From an uncultured Planctomycetota bacterium (GTDB taxonomy: Bacteria > Planctomycetota > Planctomycetia > Isosphaerales > Isosphaeraceae): 64,000 nt of DNA. Of this stretch, positions 59,848-64,000 are shown one piece after another. Position numbers and translations under genes: made by a program. The notes beneath the pieces were generated by a model. It saw only the letters and a program-made list of their open reading frames with translations. It had not been told where the DNA came from and made no database searches. The stretch covers positions 224,001 through 288,000 of the forward strand of contig CAWGMQ010000007.1 in NCBI GenBank assembly GCA_963823665.1, read 5' to 3'. Positions within the stretch are counted from its first letter, which is position 1. Every line of letters begins with the position of its first letter.

Positions 59848-60398
59848 TCAAGGCAAGCTTTCGCCCAGCCGCCGCGCCAGCCACGCCCGGGCAAACCGCC
59901 ATTCGCGCTTCAATGTACTTTCCGACTCGCCAACCACATGTGCCGTTTCCTCGATGCTCAACCCCGTGTAATAACGAAGCTCGACGATCTCCGCTACCCG
60001 CGCGTGCTCCGCGTGAAGCTGCTGGATCGCCTCATCCAGCGCGAGCAGATCGCTGGAGGGTGCTTCGACCCAGACCAGACCTTCGGCCAGCTCAATGCGA
60101 TGAGACTTCCCCCCGCGCTTCAAACTGGCCCTGCTCCGTGCATGTTCGATCACGATTTCACGCATTGCCTGCGCCGCGGCGCCGAAGAAATGGCGCCGAT
60201 TGTCCCAGCCAGGATCCTCGCCCCGGACCAGCCGTAGATACGCCTCGTGGACCAGCGTCGTCGCCCCGAGTGCCTGCCCGGCGCCACCCCAGTCGTGAGC
60301 GCTCGGGCCAGCCGCCGCAACTCCGCGTAAAGAACCGGCAACAATTCCGCCGCCGAGTGCTTTGCTGCGGCTGGTATTTCATCCTCTCGCTGCGTCAT
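59848..60398 (-). pseudogene. ECF sigma factor, TIGR02999-like, frameshifted
   Basis: AAELLPVLYAELRRLA / TTLVHEAYLRL..HFFGAAAQAMREI..ELRYYTGLS..REWRFARAWL. Confidence 0.8.
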
Positions 60399-60889
60399 GA
60401 ACGAAAAATCTTCACCATGATTGGCACTCGGCCCGCGCGGTTTTCAAATCACCGCAATCAGAATATCTATCGTGCTTGCATTGTATCATGTCGTCAAGCC
60501 ATCTTAAACTGTGCAAACTGCCCAATTTAATGAGAATACGTCAAAAATCGCGTCCGAACAAGATGGTCGGGTAAATCGCTCGCTCTTTCTCGGGGCGCGG
60601 CGCTCTCCCCCGCGGCTGACCGGACATGGCGAGGAGGTTCAAAAAAACTTTCGCGTTTTTTTTGGCCCTCGGTCGGCGCATTTTTCAGATGAATATATAG
60701 CCGGCCGAACAATCGCGGCTCATGGGCGAAAGATTCGCTCGCTCGAGCGACCTTGCGGGGGCTCTGGCCCTCCGGAAATGTTGTGCGCGCGAGATGCCCT
60801 GACCGGGCGCTCGACCGGCCACCTCCTGCGGAAACCTCGATGAAACGCAACTGGCCCCGCGCGGGGCCCCTCAACAGGAAGATGACACC

Positions 60890-63252
60890 ATGACGAGCCC
60901 CAAGTCCCTCGCCGAGAAGCTTTCCGGGCTGAATCTTCGGTTGCGTCTCCGCGAGCCGCCCGCGGGCATGATTGTCCGCGTCGAGCCGACCGCCAGTTCC
61001 ACGCCGCCGCCGAGATCTCGCGGCTGGAAGAGCGCTGCATGCTGTCGGTCACGCTGGGCCTGACCAAGCTCGATTCGAGCGCACCGGACCTTCCCACCAT
61101 CCCGCCGGCATGGACCACATTTCCCGCCGCGAGCCCTTCCTTGACCTACGTGACGGGCAGCGACAACATAGATTCGCAGGTGATGTCCCTGGCGAATGAG
61201 GCGACCATCCCCAAATCGGTCACAATCACCAACGATAATCCGACACAATGGATTTATCCGATATTACTCGGAGATAACGCTTTCAGCTACAACGGCGGGC
61301 GGTATGATACGACCGACCCGGGGCTCCAGGATTACAGGGTCTACGTCGGCTACTCCGTGAACAACCAGTATTACGAAGGCGTGGCACCGGGATGGAGCAT
61401 CACATTCAACGTACCCGAGGCGCTCTGGGATGCGGGAACGATTCAACTCGTCACCGACACTCCGCAAACCGAGAGTTCGTTCTTTAGCCCCGGAAACCCA
61501 TTCAATTTCAATGGTTCCAGCGACCCGAGCAACCCAGCCGCCGCGAACACGAACGGGGGTGCGAACGTAGCCGTGCAGACGGTTCCGGGTGGCGGAGCGC
61601 TGCTCCTCTATCACGGTGGGCCCAAGGCCGGGATACCCGGCATTGCCACGAGCGCTCCATCGCAGCTCCTGGAATTCACAATAAGGGACGTGTCGCAAAA
61701 CACGGTCCCGGACGCTCCGGGCAACTTTCCAACCGCCGTTGATATCGATATATCCTATTTGAATGCCATGTACCTTCCGGTTGCCATGGAAACGGTATTA
61801 CCAGCACCAAACCAGAGCGCTCCCAGGGCAGGTTATATAGGGACGCTCACCACCTTGGCGTCCTTCGAGAATTCATTGACTCAGTTTGTGACGGGAAGCG
61901 ACCTGGGTGGCTATTTTTATGATGCGCCCGCGGGCATGGGCTGGCCGCAGTTCAATCTCACGCCCTCCGGAGTCACCTCAGGTGCGCTCATCAAGATTCC
62001 TGGAGGCGCCAATATCTTTGCAGAAAGTGCCGCCACAAGCATCTACAAGGTCAACGACTCCGATGCCCCGAGTCCATCGTTGACATCGAGCCAGCAGACC
62101 AGCGTCACGAACGCCGCAAACAACAACTATGCGGTTCAAGAAATTACCGACCTGTTCTTCGGATGGGCAGAGTTTTATGAGGATCACAAGGCAGAATTGG
62201 GCGACAAATACATCGCGCCCAACAAAGAGCTAGCCGATCTCCTCAAATCCGCGGCAGATGATCCCGAGGGTATTCAAGCACAAGATGGCATCGTGCCTTT
62301 CAAGATTCGGACTGCCAAGAGCGGCGCATACGATGAAGCACACGCCCTGAAGTTTGCAACACTCGTATGGAAGGCCATGTGGATCATGAGTAAGGATGAT
62401 GTGCCGAAAAAACCCGGCCTGCCTGCAACGATCAGTTACGAGCCGAGGTACATCGTCGCCAAGGACTTGAAGTTTAGCGTAAGCACGAAGTATCCAGGGC
62501 TCCCCGATCTTTCCGGCTTTACCCCGAAGGTTCTCAAGGAGCTAAAGGCAATGACAAGCGCCAGCAGCAATCCGCCTGTCGCTGCTCCCAATCTGAAGCC
62601 ACGGACGAACATCTATAAAATTGAGGGAGACGACGTCATATTGAACGTTCCCGCAAACTCCGCCGGGAATAAAGACACCACCTACCGCTTCTACTACTTC
62701 CCGCCCAAACCAAACCAACCAGAGCTCCAGGCCACTTCGCAATTGACCGGTCCGGCGATCATCGGAGATCTGGTTGCTGATTTTCAAGATATTCCAACTC
62801 CACCCAACGTCATTGTGCCCTGGTTGGTACACAAAGACAAAAACCCAAAGCTGGACAACAACGGCAGTGTGTCCGGCGGCAGCCAAATGGCCGCTGACAA
62901 CAGACAAGCGATCACCAGTAACGTGATCATTCCATTATTATATGGTGCGACCGCGCCCATGGACCCGCCGTACCCGACTCCCCCAACGCCCGGTAACCCC
63001 AAAACCGACTTGTCAGCCCAGTACAACCTCGATCCCCTGGTATGGTTCGTTCATGACGGCATGAACTGGCCGGTGACGACCATTCAGAATGGTGTGCCTA
63101 CGACCACATACCCGTCGATTACCGCCTATGCCTTCTCCGTCGACGACGGAGTTGGCAACATCAATGTGGCCACTGCCACCGGTTTTGAGGTTTCCGCGGG
63201 AGGTCCCCTCGGGCTTACCAATACCACCGTCTTCCAGGACAAAGATCCATAA
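60890..63252 (+). CDS. Large extracellular protein, possibly GH64/thaumatin-like (frameshift ~60960)
   Basis: 'LEERCMLS' motif just upstream of ORF 61039. VTITN..IYPIL, DIDISYLNAMYLPVAME, WFVH..AYAFSVDD. Confidence 0.55.
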
Positions 63253-63296
63253 GTCGCGCCGGCGTGCTTCTCCGGTCGCCCCGTCACAAAAAAGGA

Positions 63297-63490
63297 GAAA
63301 CCGGGACGAGGGGAAACTGGGACGCGGAGGAGGGGGAAACTGGGACGCGATTAATATTGTGAACCCAAAACGGTCCGCGTCCCGGTTTCACTCCCCCGCG
63401 TCCCGGTTTCACTCCCCCCGGTTTCACTCCCGGCGTCCCGGTTTCACTCCCGGCGTCCCGGTTTCACTCTCCGTCCCGGTTTCACTCTCC
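63297..63490. repeat. Opposed tandem repeats GAAACYGGGACG x3 and (CGT)CCCGGTTTCACTC x6
   Basis: Seen directly, in the intergenic region between convergent genes. Confidence 0.85.
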
Positions 63491-63675
63491 GAGCGCCATC
63501 GGCGCGGTAGAACGCGACGTGGTGAGATTGATCATCCTGTGAAACGAGCGCTATTCCGATGAAGCGAAACGAAGGATGCGCGCGAGCCACTTCCCGAGCC
63601 AGATGATCTCGAGCGGCGGGCGCGAGTCGGTCCGATTCTGAGATATCAAGCTGACATTGCAGCATTCGCACCAGG

Positions 63676-64000
63676 TCAATAATAAATGAACTCAAGCCGA
63701 GGAAGTTGTTTCCGCAACTCATCGATTGCTTCCTCGCTGACATCGGTTCCCTTTAACCAGAGGGATCTGAGACGGGTTAGTCCCTTCAAATGGCGCAGTC
63801 CGGCGTCGGTAATTCTGTTGTTCTCGATGTGCAGGTGTTCGAGATGCACCAATCGTCCGACGTGGATCAGTCCCGCGTCAGAGATCGACGTTCGGTTCAG
63901 GATCAGGGACTTGAGTCGGCTCAAGTGCGCCAATCGCACCATTCCCGCGTCCGAAATCGCCGACCCCCAGAGGTTCAGATCTTCGAGACTCGAAAGATTG
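63676..64000 (-). CDS. Leucine-rich repeat protein, 3' part
   Basis: LxxLxLxxTxISDAGLxHL repeats, ELRKQLPRL end. Confidence 0.85.
   Translation of the reverse strand, partial: NLSSLEDLNLWGSAISDAGMVRLAHLSRLKSLILNRTSISDAGLIHVGRLVHLEHLHIENNRITDAGLRHLKGLTRLRSLWLKGTDVSEEAIDELRKQLPRLEFIYY

Noticed and set aside
63297..63490. Mini-CRISPR
   Set aside because: Units are directly adjacent with no unique spacers.
1..64000. tRNA or rRNA genes, prophage, transposases
   Set aside because: None recognised by eye.

Overview
GC-rich bacterial DNA that looks like a Planctomycete, probably Isosphaeraceae-like. This is inferred from ECF-sigma/Ser-Thr kinase pairs, 'LEERxLxS' extracellular motifs and WD40, LRR and FG-GAP proteins. 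Many single-base frameshifts, some in housekeeping genes, suggest an unpolished long-read assembly. Core genes (nfi, a spermidine-synthase-like membrane protein, ltaE, argS, rsfS, a ybhGFSR-type ABC exporter with TetR) alternate with accessory tracts. The main unexplained structure is a ~12.5 kb run (46.4-58.9 kb) of small minus-strand genes separated by about 15 imperfect inverted repeats with the box geometry of integron attC sites (R''-5nt-L''...L'-6nt-R'). No integron integrase is visible in the window, so this is a CALIN-like, decaying cassette array. Its cargo includes two ribosomal protein bS21-like genes, a pepsin-type aspartic protease, an HPF1/DUF2228-like protein, near-empty cassettes, duplicated and re-ordered cassettes, and toxin-antitoxin modules in which mostly the toxin has been destroyed. 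Other points of interest are a diverged duplication of the spermidine-synthase 3' end plus the nfi start around a 9.4 kb ECF/kinase/FG-GAP block, a bipartite motif shared upstream of two kinases, a membrane-anchored ECF sigma carrying CxxCH and SurA-like segments, several chimeric deletion junctions, and REP/MITE-like elements. All family calls come from motif recognition by eye. No database search was run.
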